Assembly: GCA_031370785.1 (NCBI GenBank)
Contig: JANMQY010000058.1
Span: forward strand, 64,001-128,000
Direction of reading: 5' to 3'
DNA from: Candidatus Eiseniibacteriota bacterium
GTDB taxonomy: Bacteria; Eisenbacteria; RBG-16-71-46
Length of the DNA: 64,000 bases
Shown: piece by piece, positions 19,057 to 28,027 of the stretch
How the letters are laid out: each line of letters begins with the position of its first letter
Position numbering within the stretch: position 1 is the first letter of the stretch
Notes under the pieces: model-generated
What the model was told of the DNA's origin: nothing
Seen by the model: only the letters and a program-made list of their open reading frames with translations
Database searches by the model: none
Translations under genes and position numbers: made by a program

Positions 19057-20076
19057 ATGAAGGCCTATCGATGGATGGGGATGGCAGTCGCCGTCCTGAT
19101 GATCACTGCCGGGGCGGCGTGGGCCGGGTCGTCACGACTCGGCACCGCGGGCGCACCCGAAATGAGACTCCCGGTCGGCGCCCGCAGCACGGCGCTTGCC
19201 GGGGCGAACGTCGGGGATGTTTCGGGGGTGGAGGCGCTGTACTTCAACCCCGCCGGGCTCGCCGCGACCGACAACGCGACCGAGATCATGTTCAGCCACA
19301 CCGACTACCTGGCCGGGATGGGGCTCAACTACTTCGGCCTCGGACGCTCGATGGGCGGCCTCGGCATGATCGGAGTCAGCGTCAAGGTGCTGAGCGTCGG
19401 AGAGATCATGCGCACCAGCGAGGTCGCGCCGGACGGGACGGGCGAGACGTTTACGCCCACCTTCAGCACGCTCGGCCTGACCTATGCGAAGCGCATGACC
19501 GACCGGGTGAATTTCGGCGGCACGGCGTACTACGTCTCCGAGCGCATCCTGCAGGAGACGGCGGCCGGAGCGGCGTTCGACTTCGGCTTCCAGTACGACA
19601 CCGGCTACCACGGCATGAAGCTCGGGATGGCGATGAAGAACTTCGGGTCCGCGCTCGGGTTCACGGGCAGCGATTTCGAGCTGAACCAGCGCCTCAACAC
19701 CGATGACCCGCAGTCCGGCAACAAGACGCTGGCGCTGAGCTCGGCCAGCTTCGAGTTGCCTTCGACCTTCCAGCTCGCGCTGTCGCTGCCACTGATCCAG
19801 GGCATCAACGCTTTCTCGCTCCACGGGCTCTACCAGAACAACAGCTTCGACGTCGACGAGGGTCGGGTGGGCGCGGAGTTCGTGGCGCGCAAGGCGCTGG
19901 CGCTGCGTGCCGGCTACAAGATCACCTCGAACAAGGATGATCTGTTCGGGCTGAGCTACGGCGCCGGAGTGCGCGTGCCGCTTGGCGCGAATCACATGTG
20001 GGTGGAGTACGCAGGCCAGCAGGTCAGCGATTTCTTCGACAACGTTCAGCACATTTCGGTCAGCATGAGCTTCTGA
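19057..20076 (+). CDS. PorV/PorQ-like (UPF0164) outer-membrane barrel
   Basis: LPVGARSTALAGA, ALYFNPAGLA, AFDFGFQY, ALRAGY; terminal Phe; GAGGAG RBS. Confidence 0.85.
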   Translation: MKAYRWMGMAVAVLMITAGAAWAGSSRLGTAGAPEMRLPVGARSTALAGANVGDVSGVEALYFNPAGLAATDNATEIMFSHTDYLAGMGLNYFGLGRSMGGLGMIGVSVKVLSVGEIMRTSEVAPDGTGETFTPTFSTLGLTYAKRMTDRVNFGGTAYYVSERILQETAAGAAFDFGFQYDTGYHGMKLGMAMKNFGSALGFTGSDFELNQRLNTDDPQSGNKTLALSSASFELPSTFQLALSLPLIQGINAFSLHGLYQNNSFDVDEGRVGAEFVARKALALRAGYKITSNKDDLFGLSYGAGVRVPLGANHMWVEYAGQQVSDFFDNVQHISVSMSF

Positions 20077-20118
20077 TCCACGCGGGGAGCTCTGTCCTCG
20101 CGTCGACCGGAAAGCGAT

Positions 20119-20150
20119 CGGCCCGGTTCCCTGTCCAGGGAGCCGGGCCG
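20119..20150. terminator. Hairpin between convergent genes (probable terminator)
   Basis: CGGCCCGGTTCCCTG-TC-CAGGGAGCCGGGCCG long inverted repeat. Confidence 0.65.
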
Positions 20151-20180
20151 TCGTGCGTCAGGCGATCTGGCGCTACCGCA

Positions 20181-21449
20181 TCAGGCGTAGACGCCGCGCA
20201 GCATGATCACCTTGACCACGCGCCCGATCGCCACCATGAAGGCGGCCACACGCATGTTGACGTTGATCTCGACCGACTTGGCGAGCACGTCCTGGAAGGC
20301 CTGCACCATGGTGTGCTCGAGGCGCTCGTTCACTTCCTTCTCGGGCCAGTAGAGGCCCATCCGGTTCTGCACCCACTCGAAGTACGAGACCGTCACGCCG
20401 CCGCCGTTGCACAGGATGTCGGGAATGATGAATACGCCCTTCTTCTCGAGGATCTTGTCGGCATCGGGCGTGGTCGGACCGTTCGCGCCCTCGGCGATGA
20501 TCTTGGCCTTGACCCGGTCTGCGTTCTCGACGGTGATCTGACTCTCGAGCGCCGCGGGGACCAGGATGTCGCAGTCGTGCTCGATGATCGAGGTAGTGAG
20601 CGGTTGCGCTCCCGGGAAGCCCTTCACTCCGCGATGGTCGGCGACCCAGCTGATGAGCGCGGGGACGTCGAGTCCATCCGGATTCTGGATCGCGCCCGAG
20701 ATGTCCGAGGCGGCGACGATCCTGGCGCCCATCTTGGCGAGCAGGTCGGCCGAGACCGAGCCCACGTTGCCGAAGCCCTGGACCGCCACCCGCGCGCCTT
20801 TGAGCGGCATCTTGAGATGCTCGCACGCGTCGCGGACGCACAGCATCACGCCGCGCCCGGTGGCTTCGCGGCGCCCGGCGGATCCACCCACCTCGAGCGG
20901 CTTGCCGGTCACCACCGCGTACTCGGTGCGACGCTCGTGCATCGAGTAGGTGTCCACGATCCACGCCATCACCTGCGCGTCGGTGTTCACGTCGGGCGCC
21001 GGAACGTCGCTTTCGGGGCCGAACAGGTCGCTCAGGTCTGCGGCGTAGCGGCGCGTCAGGCGCTCGAGCTCGCCGCGCGACAGCTTCGAGGGGTCGCACT
21101 CGATGCCGCCCTTGCCGCCGCCGAACGGGATGTTCATGACCGCGCACTTCCACGTCATCCACGCGGCCAGCGCCTCGACCTCTTCCAGGGTGACCTGCGG
21201 GTGATACCGGATGCCGCCCTTGGCCGGCCCGCGCACGATCGAGTGTTGCACGCGATAGCCCTTGAACACCTTGATCGTGCCGTCGTCCATCTGGATCGGC
21301 AGGGAAACGATCGTCGCCCGGCGCGGATTCTTGATGACGGCCTTGATGCCTTCGGCGAGGTTGAGCCGCGCGGCCGCTTCGTCGAACTGGCGCTCGGCGT
21401 TCGCGAGCGGGTTCAGATCCTTCTGGATGTTCGCGCCTTCTGCGGGCAT
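20181..21449 (-). CDS. gdhA: Glutamate dehydrogenase (Glu/Leu/Phe/Val family)
   Basis: GPAKGGIRY, MTWKCA, GGGKGG, DVPAPDV, VQGFGNVG, EGANGP. Confidence 0.95.
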   Translation of the reverse strand: MPAEGANIQKDLNPLANAERQFDEAAARLNLAEGIKAVIKNPRRATIVSLPIQMDDGTIKVFKGYRVQHSIVRGPAKGGIRYHPQVTLEEVEALAAWMTWKCAVMNIPFGGGKGGIECDPSKLSRGELERLTRRYAADLSDLFGPESDVPAPDVNTDAQVMAWIVDTYSMHERRTEYAVVTGKPLEVGGSAGRREATGRGVMLCVRDACEHLKMPLKGARVAVQGFGNVGSVSADLLAKMGARIVAASDISGAIQNPDGLDVPALISWVADHRGVKGFPGAQPLTTSIIEHDCDILVPAALESQITVENADRVKAKIIAEGANGPTTPDADKILEKKGVFIIPDILCNGGGVTVSYFEWVQNRMGLYWPEKEVNERLEHTMVQAFQDVLAKSVEINVNMRVAAFMVAIGRVVKVIMLRGVYA

Positions 21450-21638
21450 GAGGTTCCTCCGGCGAAGGAGCGACGGGCCCGATGCGGCCGGCGCGCGGTC
21501 GCGGTCCCTGATCTCCCTCGCGGGTGCATGACGGATGGGAAGGTGTCGAAAAAGTGCGCGGCAGTATAGCCCCGGCTCGCGCCGATCAACAAGCGAGACC
21601 CGGCAGCGCAGGGTCCGGCGGCGTCAACTGATGGAGCC

Positions 21639-22424
21639 CTAGCGGAACCAGACCTTGAGGTGACCCCACATCATCTCGGGAGGGAGCGGGTCTCCAGGAA
21701 ATGGCGCGGCCTGGCTGGTTCGATTGAGCCGCGCGGCCCGACTCGTTCCCGGTGCGGGACGCATCGCGTTCTGAGGGTTGCCGCTTTCGGGCGTGGTCTC
21801 GTCTTCCCAGCGCTCGATCCACCAGCGATTGGCGTCGGGCTTGAAGCCGCGGTCGACCAGCTCCTGAGGGATGGCCGCGGAATCGCCACGCACCAGGTAA
21901 AACAGGCCAGGTCCCTTGATCTCGGTGCTGCTCTCGCCGACGTTGATGCGCAGAAGCACCTGCGCGCGAATCTGCTTGTGCCATCCCGGGTCCTTGCCCG
22001 GGCGCGCATCGGGCACCGCGACCAGATCCGAGGTGTAGTCGAACGTGATGCTGGTCGCCGGTGGATCGGAGGCAGTGCCAGTGACGAACAGCTTTTCCGC
22101 GCTGAGCAGCTCGTCCTCGCGCCGCCACGGCTTGACGGTGGGATCGTAGGTGCTTCCGGACGAGTCGCGGACCGAGAACTTGAACAGGTAGTCGTCGGTG
22201 AAGATCTCGCGATACTCGGTGATCGCGCGATTTCTCCAGCACCACTGGAACAGGCGCAGCACGCCGGCCGCACTGGTCGGTGCCGGAGGTGGAGTCGGAG
22301 GCGCGCCGCCGGCGGCGAGACGCGGCGAGAAGGGATTGAAGCAGCCGGTGGCCCCGAACGCGCCCAGCACCAGCGCCGCAAACACCACCACCTGCACTCC
22401 GAGAAGTCTCGAGCGAGCGCTCAT
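21639..22424 (-). CDS. Putative lipoprotein of unknown function
   Basis: Hydrophobic leader ending ATG|CFNPFSP (lipobox-like Cys); ATGA coupling with the upstream gene; late WWIERWED. Confidence 0.7.
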   Translation of the reverse strand: MSARSRLLGVQVVVFAALVLGAFGATGCFNPFSPRLAAGGAPPTPPPAPTSAAGVLRLFQWCWRNRAITEYREIFTDDYLFKFSVRDSSGSTYDPTVKPWRREDELLSAEKLFVTGTASDPPATSITFDYTSDLVAVPDARPGKDPGWHKQIRAQVLLRINVGESSTEIKGPGLFYLVRGDSAAIPQELVDRGFKPDANRWWIERWEDETTPESGNPQNAMRPAPGTSRAARLNRTSQAAPFPGDPLPPEMMWGHLKVWFR

Positions 22425-23068
22425 CGAAAATCCATTCTGCGGGCCGAGAAGCTCTGGTCTTCCTGATTCTGCGGGGACACGCCGACTGCAGGGTCCACGT
22501 GATCGGTCCAGCGCGTCAGGAACCACCGCGTACCGACGTAAACGAAATCAAGATCCGCATATCCGACCGCGATGCGCTCGGCGTCGCCTTCCTGCGGCAG
22601 AGCATACACCTGATAGCGCCGGTGGAGGATGACGTGAGTAGTCTCGATGAAGTCGTTCTGGGTCGGGTCCGGTGACCACTGCATGTCGAAAGGCTGGCTG
22701 CGCACGTCCTGAACGAATCGGCTATAGAAGCGGCGCTCCTCGTCCACTCCCCAGACCGAGGGAGCCGGCTCGTTGCGAGCGTTGGGCACGGCCGGATCGA
22801 ACGTGGCCGCGAACGCCGTTCCTCCACTGGTTGGAGTAGAAAGGGCCCCGATGTAGGCATCCAGTCCATTGCCCTGCGCCTTTGCTTCGAGCCCACGCGC
22901 CATTGTCTCGAGCGCCGAATCCGGGTCGGTGTAGTTGACGACGACGAACACTCCGCCGCTGCCCTGTTCCGGCACCGCCGGGCGAAACAGGTTGCAACCT
23001 CCGAACGCGCCGGTGCTGGCGCACCAGACGAGCGTGAGGAGCAGAACCAGCGTCAGTCGATTTCTCAT
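22421..23068 (-). CDS. Putative lipoprotein of unknown function
   Basis: MRNRLTLVLLL...FGG|CNLFRPAVPE; late WFLTRWTD; ATGA overlap with the upstream stop. Confidence 0.7.
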   Translation of the reverse strand: MRNRLTLVLLLTLVWCASTGAFGGCNLFRPAVPEQGSGGVFVVVNYTDPDSALETMARGLEAKAQGNGLDAYIGALSTPTSGGTAFAATFDPAVPNARNEPAPSVWGVDEERRFYSRFVQDVRSQPFDMQWSPDPTQNDFIETTHVILHRRYQVYALPQEGDAERIAVGYADLDFVYVGTRWFLTRWTDHVDPAVGVSPQNQEDQSFSARRMDFR

Positions 23069-25203
23069 TGGAGTGCCCACGAGAGCTGCAGGGTGCCGTT
23101 CCAGTAGTCGGTCTCCGAGCGGGGAGTGGGCTGCGGCACGCCTGTGGTGTAAGTGATACTCCGGTCGGCGCGATAGGTTCGGCGAATATCGCCGGTGAGG
23201 CGCCCGCGCGCGCCGAGCGGCAGATTGACGCTCGCGCCGCCCGAGAAGTTCAGGGTCCTGCCCTTGCGTTGCGGGGCGCTCTCCCCGTTCTGAAAATTGT
23301 TGCGATTGGACGCCTGGTAGTTGGGTTCCAGCACCAACGAGAGCTGCGGCGTCGGGGTGTACGAGATTCGCGAGGACAGCGTGTAGTTCTGGCTCTGGTC
23401 CGACTCGCCGAACGCCTCGAGTCCGTCGAACTGGCGCACGAACGTGCCGCTCGGCTGGACCAGGGAGTTGTGGACCACATCGAGCGTGAGCCGGGGCGAG
23501 AGCACCGCATTGAGCGCGGTGTTGGTGCCATAGCTGAGCGAGAGCCGGTTGTTCTGGGGGAGGAAGGTGTAGAGGAGGTAGTCCGCGCTGATGCTGTTGC
23601 GCTGGTTGACGGTCAGCCCGCGCAGCAGGCGATAGCTCCATCGCCACTCAGAGCGATAGGTGCGGTCCTCGTTGTTGGCCGCGGTGCTCGAGCTCGGCAG
23701 GTTGATGAACAGCGTGCGCGTGACCTCGAGCACCACCGCGCTGTTGAACTTCTCGGACTGGGTGTAGAGCCCTTCCATCCGGTAGCTCTGGATGTACTGG
23801 TCATGGTCGATCGGCGGCGTCCGGAAGTGTCCGAGCAGGAAGTACCGGAAAGAAGAGAGCGAGACCCGCCCGGTGGCCTTGGCCACGATCCGGGTCCCGA
23901 TGTTGCGGCCGAGCGTGGCGCTGACCGAGCGCACGTAGAGCGACTCGCCGTAGCCCCCAGTGGTGTCGCGCAGCGGGAATTCCGAGCGCGAGCGCGTCAG
24001 CGTGAAGTCGTGGTCGATCGCCCATCCGGCGAGCGCATAGCGGGCAACGTAGCCGGCGCTCTGATCGTGGCGCCGGGTCTCGGCTCCGAACAGCTGACCG
24101 CTCAGCTGGCGGGTGCGCCCGTCACGCGCCTGCAGGTTGACGTACCGATCCGAATCCCTGCGGATCCGTGCGGTCGCATCGACGCCGTTGTTCTGGGTCC
24201 GGATCTGCTGGATGCGCGTGCTGTCCTGCGGCGTTTCGACCAGCAGGTCCTTCAGGTTGAAATTGACCACGAGACCGGCTTGGGACCAGGGCTGCAACGT
24301 GAGCGTGCCGCGAGCGACCCGGGTGAGATCGTGCGTGTTCAGCTGGAACTGGGTGTTCGGCACCCGCGTGCGCGAGAGATTTCCGGCGAGCTGCCCGGTG
24401 AAATCCTGCGACAGCCAGTCGCCCCGCGCGAAACGGACCCGACCGTTGAGGTCGCCGGAGATTCCGCGCTTCACCTGCAGCGGATTTGTCTGATCGATTA
24501 CTCCGCTGAGCAGGTTCACATCGGAGCTGATGCCGTGGCCGGGCGACTGCCGGCTGCGCGCCGTGAGCTGCAGGTCGTTGTTCGAGCTGCTGAAATTGTT
24601 GCCCGGATCCGCGTTGTTGTAGCGCTCGAGATTGAGGCGCCCACCCAGCGAGAAGTCCTTCGAGAGCTTGTAGCCGCTCTCGGTGGTGGAGACGCGAGAC
24701 TGCTGCAGGCTGAGCCGTCCCACGGATCGATATCGGTTCAGGCCGATGTTGGTCGTGTTGCGCAGGAACAACCCGCCCCGGATCACGTTGTAGTCCGACC
24801 CGTTGGTCCAGCCGCTCGAGGTCTGCTGGACGTTGTAGCTGCTGGTGTAGTTGAAGCTGGTGACCCGGGTGCCGGTCGCGGCCAGGGGGTTGTAGCGCTC
24901 GCGCTCGAGCATGGCCCCCACGCTGTCCACCGGGATGGCGAGGCTGTCGGCCACCAGCACCAGCCGGTCGAGCGAGTAGCGGTACCGGATCGAGAGCGCA
25001 CGCAGCGTGTCCGGGAGCATCCCCAGGCTGTCGGCCAGCGGAAACAGCCGGTTGAAGTGCAGTCCCAGCGTGTCCCGCAGCAGCGTCGTATCCGCGAACG
25101 CGAACCGCGAAGACGAGGTCTGGGCGCGGCCCGGGCCGGTCAAGGCGGCCAGCGCGAGTAGAAGTGGCAGCAGGAGGAGTGTGGCGCGTCGCAGCAGGGT
25201 CAT
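23065..25203 (-). CDS. Large putative outer-membrane beta-barrel protein of unknown function
   Basis: Signal peptide; long run of alternating Tyr/Ser/Arg-rich strands; ends YWNGTLQLSWALQ. Confidence 0.65.
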   Translation of the reverse strand: MTLLRRATLLLLPLLLALAALTGPGRAQTSSSRFAFADTTLLRDTLGLHFNRLFPLADSLGMLPDTLRALSIRYRYSLDRLVLVADSLAIPVDSVGAMLERERYNPLAATGTRVTSFNYTSSYNVQQTSSGWTNGSDYNVIRGGLFLRNTTNIGLNRYRSVGRLSLQQSRVSTTESGYKLSKDFSLGGRLNLERYNNADPGNNFSSSNNDLQLTARSRQSPGHGISSDVNLLSGVIDQTNPLQVKRGISGDLNGRVRFARGDWLSQDFTGQLAGNLSRTRVPNTQFQLNTHDLTRVARGTLTLQPWSQAGLVVNFNLKDLLVETPQDSTRIQQIRTQNNGVDATARIRRDSDRYVNLQARDGRTRQLSGQLFGAETRRHDQSAGYVARYALAGWAIDHDFTLTRSRSEFPLRDTTGGYGESLYVRSVSATLGRNIGTRIVAKATGRVSLSSFRYFLLGHFRTPPIDHDQYIQSYRMEGLYTQSEKFNSAVVLEVTRTLFINLPSSSTAANNEDRTYRSEWRWSYRLLRGLTVNQRNSISADYLLYTFLPQNNRLSLSYGTNTALNAVLSPRLTLDVVHNSLVQPSGTFVRQFDGLEAFGESDQSQNYTLSSRISYTPTPQLSLVLEPNYQASNRNNFQNGESAPQRKGRTLNFSGGASVNLPLGARGRLTGDIRRTYRADRSITYTTGVPQPTPRSETDYWNGTLQLSWALQ

Positions 25204-25236
25204 TCGGGCACGCGGTGGGGCGTGATCACGCGGGAA

Positions 25237-25266
25237 AGGCTAGCATCGGGCACGAAGCCGGGTCAA
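25237..25266 (-). promoter_or_regulatory. sigma70-like promoter of the barrel-lipoprotein operon
   Basis: TTGACC-N18-TAGCCT with an extended -10 TG. Confidence 0.45.
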
Positions 25267-25367
25267 CGACACGAGGTACGCGCGGGCGCACGCCTCGCCA
25301 CGAGCGGCGGGTGGGGTGCGTAGCGGCGCGCAGATTGATACCCCGCCAGGTGTCCTCGAGAGCCACG

Positions 25368-25400
25368 AAAAAGCGCCGGCGCCCATGAAGGGCGCCGGCG
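25368..25400 (-). terminator. Orphan intrinsic terminator
   Basis: Minus strand CGCCGGCGCCC-TTCAT-GGGCGCCGGCG then CTTTTT. Confidence 0.7.
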
Positions 25401-25520
25401 GGCGAGTGCGGCGACATGTCCTGACGTCGCGAAATCGTTGCCGAATCCGACGCCGCTCGAGCCTCACCACCTCGGCGGCCGGCGTCGTGGTTCCTCCTGC
25501 ACGTCCTGCCCGTGGGGATT
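25368..25520 (-). ncRNA. Candidate structured small RNA or leader (5' end unknown)
   Basis: Three hairpins (25411-25430, 25448-25487, 25500-25514), two with GGA-containing loops, ending at an orphan terminator. Confidence 0.3.
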
Positions 25521-25667
25521 AGTCGCTTGCAGCGCTCAAGTTTGAGGTGCTAGCGTGCCGAAGCTTGGCGGGCAAGGACGCCCGATCGCCCTCCTCGCAA
25601 GACTCCTTTCCCGATATCAGAACCCTGCGTCACCCGCGTCCGCACTAAACCTACTGGAGAGGCACGG

Positions 25668-26705
25668 ATGTTCCTCGACAGCCTGATGGGTTTCTTTTCG
25701 ACCGACGTTGCCATGGACCTCGGCACCGCCAATACCCTGGTCTTCGTCAAGGGCCGCGGCATCGTCCTGAACGAACCGTCCGTGGTGGCCGTGGACAAGG
25801 CGACCGGGAAGGTCCGGGCGGTGGGGAGCGAGGCCAAGCTCATGCTCGGCCGCACCCCGGATGAGATCAGCGCGGTACGCCCCCTCAAGGACGGCGTGAT
25901 CGCCGATTTCGAGCTGACCGAGGACCTGATGCGGGAGTTCGTGCACCGGGTCCAGAAGCACAAGTTCCTGGTGCGGCCCCGGATCATCATCTGCGTGCCG
26001 TCGGGGATCACCGAGGTCGAGAAGCGCGCGGTCATCGACTCGGCAGTCCGTGCCGGCGCCCGCGAGGTGCTGCTGGTGCCCGAACCCATCGCCGCGGCGA
26101 TCGGGGTGGGACTCCCGGTCGACACCCCGACCGGCAACATGGTCGTCGACATCGGGGGCGGCACCACCGAGATCGCGGTCATCGCCTTGAACGGCATCGT
26201 GACCAAGACCTCGATCCGCACCGGCGGCGACGAGATGGACGAAGCGATCATGACCTACGCCAAGAAGGCGTACAACATGCTCATCGGCGAACAGACCGCC
26301 GAGCGCATCAAGATCGAGATCGGCTCGGCCTTCCCGTTGCCTGAAGAGATGGACATGGAGATCAAGGGCCGCGATCTGGTGCGCGGCATCCCGCGCACAC
26401 TGCGCGTCTCCAGCGTCGAGATCCGTGAGGCGCTGCAGGAACCGGTCGGACAGATCGTGAACGCATTGCGCGAGTGCCTGGAACGCACACCGCCCGAACT
26501 GGCCGCGGACATCGTGGACCGGGGCATCTTCATGACGGGGGGCGGTGCGCTGCTGCGCGGCCTCGATCTGCTTCTGCGCGAAGTCACCAACCTCAACATC
26601 CGTGTCGCCCAGGACCCGCTCACCTGCGTAGTGCTCGGGGCCGGCAAGATCCTCGAGCAGATCGAGGACTTCGAAAAGGTGATCCTGAGCGGCCACAAGG
26701 ACTGA
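25668..26705 (+). CDS. mreB: Rod shape-determining protein MreB
   Basis: DLGTANT, RPLKDGVIADF, DIGGGTTE, TGGGALL. Confidence 0.97.
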   Translation: MFLDSLMGFFSTDVAMDLGTANTLVFVKGRGIVLNEPSVVAVDKATGKVRAVGSEAKLMLGRTPDEISAVRPLKDGVIADFELTEDLMREFVHRVQKHKFLVRPRIIICVPSGITEVEKRAVIDSAVRAGAREVLLVPEPIAAAIGVGLPVDTPTGNMVVDIGGGTTEIAVIALNGIVTKTSIRTGGDEMDEAIMTYAKKAYNMLIGEQTAERIKIEIGSAFPLPEEMDMEIKGRDLVRGIPRTLRVSSVEIREALQEPVGQIVNALRECLERTPPELAADIVDRGIFMTGGGALLRGLDLLLREVTNLNIRVAQDPLTCVVLGAGKILEQIEDFEKVILSGHKD

Positions 26706-26708
26706 CGT

Positions 26709-27518
26709 ATGGGTGGCTTTCTGCCCCCCGCCCAGCGCCGCAGTAGCGCCCTTCTGGGACTCTACGCGGCGCTTTCGCTTCTGATGCTGATGACCGGAGA
26801 CCGCCTGCCGCAGCCGCTGCTCCGCTCGGTCGGGGCGTTCCTGTTCGCGCCGTTCGATCGCGCGGTACAGACCGTGGACCGCGCAGCATCGGCGTGGCGC
26901 GACAACCAGCAGCTGCACCAGCGCATCGCGGAGCTCGAGATCGAGAACTCGCGACTGCGCGACGCCGGGGTCGAGAATGCGCGCCTTCGCGATCAGCTCC
27001 ACCTCTCGACCTATCGCGGCTACCCGGTGAAGCCGGTCGAGGTTCTGGCGCTCTCGGGAGAAGCGGTTCCGGCCGCGGCGACCCTGAGCGCCGGATCGAA
27101 ACAGGGCGTGCGCGAAGGAGACGGCGTGGTGACCAGCGACGGCCTGCTCGGGCGGATCGGCGAGAGCTACCCGGGGTACAGTCGGGTGGTGCTGCTCACC
27201 GATCTCAACTCGGCGGTTTCGTGCGCGGTCGAGAGCACCGGCGTGCTCGGCGTGTTGCGCTTCACCATCGCGCCCCATCCCCGGCTGGTGCTGACCGGCG
27301 TGCCGCTCACCGACACGGTGCGGATCGGGCAGCGCGTCATCACTTCGGGGCTCTCGCGCCGCTACCCGCGCGGGCTTCCGGTCGGCTCGGTGATCCGGCT
27401 CGGCCGCGACCCGAGCGGTCTGGTTCAGGACATCGAGGTCGAGCCGGCCGCGCGCCTTTCGCGCCTCCGGCACGCGTTCGTGCTGCCGCGCCCGGCCACC
27501 GCGGAGCTGCGCCCATGA
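26709..27518 (+). CDS. mreC: Rod shape-determining protein MreC
   Basis: N-terminal TM segment, coiled coil ENARLR, VITSGL...YPRGLPVG; synteny. Confidence 0.92.
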   Translation: MGGFLPPAQRRSSALLGLYAALSLLMLMTGDRLPQPLLRSVGAFLFAPFDRAVQTVDRAASAWRDNQQLHQRIAELEIENSRLRDAGVENARLRDQLHLSTYRGYPVKPVEVLALSGEAVPAAATLSAGSKQGVREGDGVVTSDGLLGRIGESYPGYSRVVLLTDLNSAVSCAVESTGVLGVLRFTIAPHPRLVLTGVPLTDTVRIGQRVITSGLSRRYPRGLPVGSVIRLGRDPSGLVQDIEVEPAARLSRLRHAFVLPRPATAELRP

Positions 27519-28027
27519 AGAACGTCCTGGTGCTGATCACCGTGGCGATGATCGCGCTGCTGCTGCGCTCGACCGCGCTCACCGCGCTGACCGCGCGCGG
27601 ACTGGTGCTCGACGTGCTCGCCTTTGCGACCGTGGTCTGGGCGCTGCGCTCCGGGGAAACCTGGGGCAGCGGTTTCGGTTTCCTGGTGGGGCTGGCTGCG
27701 GACCTCGATGCTGCGCACTGGCTGGGCCGGCATGCGCTGATCCTGACGCTCACCGGCTACGCGGTAGGAAGGCTCGGCCGGACGCTGGTCCGTGACAGCG
27801 CACGCACCCAGTTCGTGCTGCTGCTCCTCGCGACGCTCGTGCACCAGGGCTGGGCGGTCGCGTTCGAGTTCGGAGGCATCCAGGGCTGGCCCTACCTGCT
27901 CATGCGCGTCGTGGTCGCCGCGGTCGCCAGCGCGACGCTCGGCACGCTGCTCCTCTCGCTGGCGCGCCTCGTCAGCGGTCAACCCCTGTTCGGACATGCT
28001 GTCCTCGAATCAAGTTCGTCGAGCTAG
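27515..28027 (+). CDS. mreD: Rod shape-determining protein MreD
   Basis: Hydrophobic protein with GFLVGLAADL; lies between mreC and mrdA; ATGA overlap. Confidence 0.85.
   Translation: MKNVLVLITVAMIALLLRSTALTALTARGLVLDVLAFATVVWALRSGETWGSGFGFLVGLAADLDAAHWLGRHALILTLTGYAVGRLGRTLVRDSARTQFVLLLLATLVHQGWAVAFEFGGIQGWPYLLMRVVVAAVASATLGTLLLSLARLVSGQPLFGHAVLESSSSS

Noticed and set aside
25240..25470. 76-aa minus-strand ORF upstream of the barrel operon
   Set aside because: It reads through the terminator hairpin and the promoter, has no recognisable features, and the nearby AGGAGG is not correctly spaced to its start.
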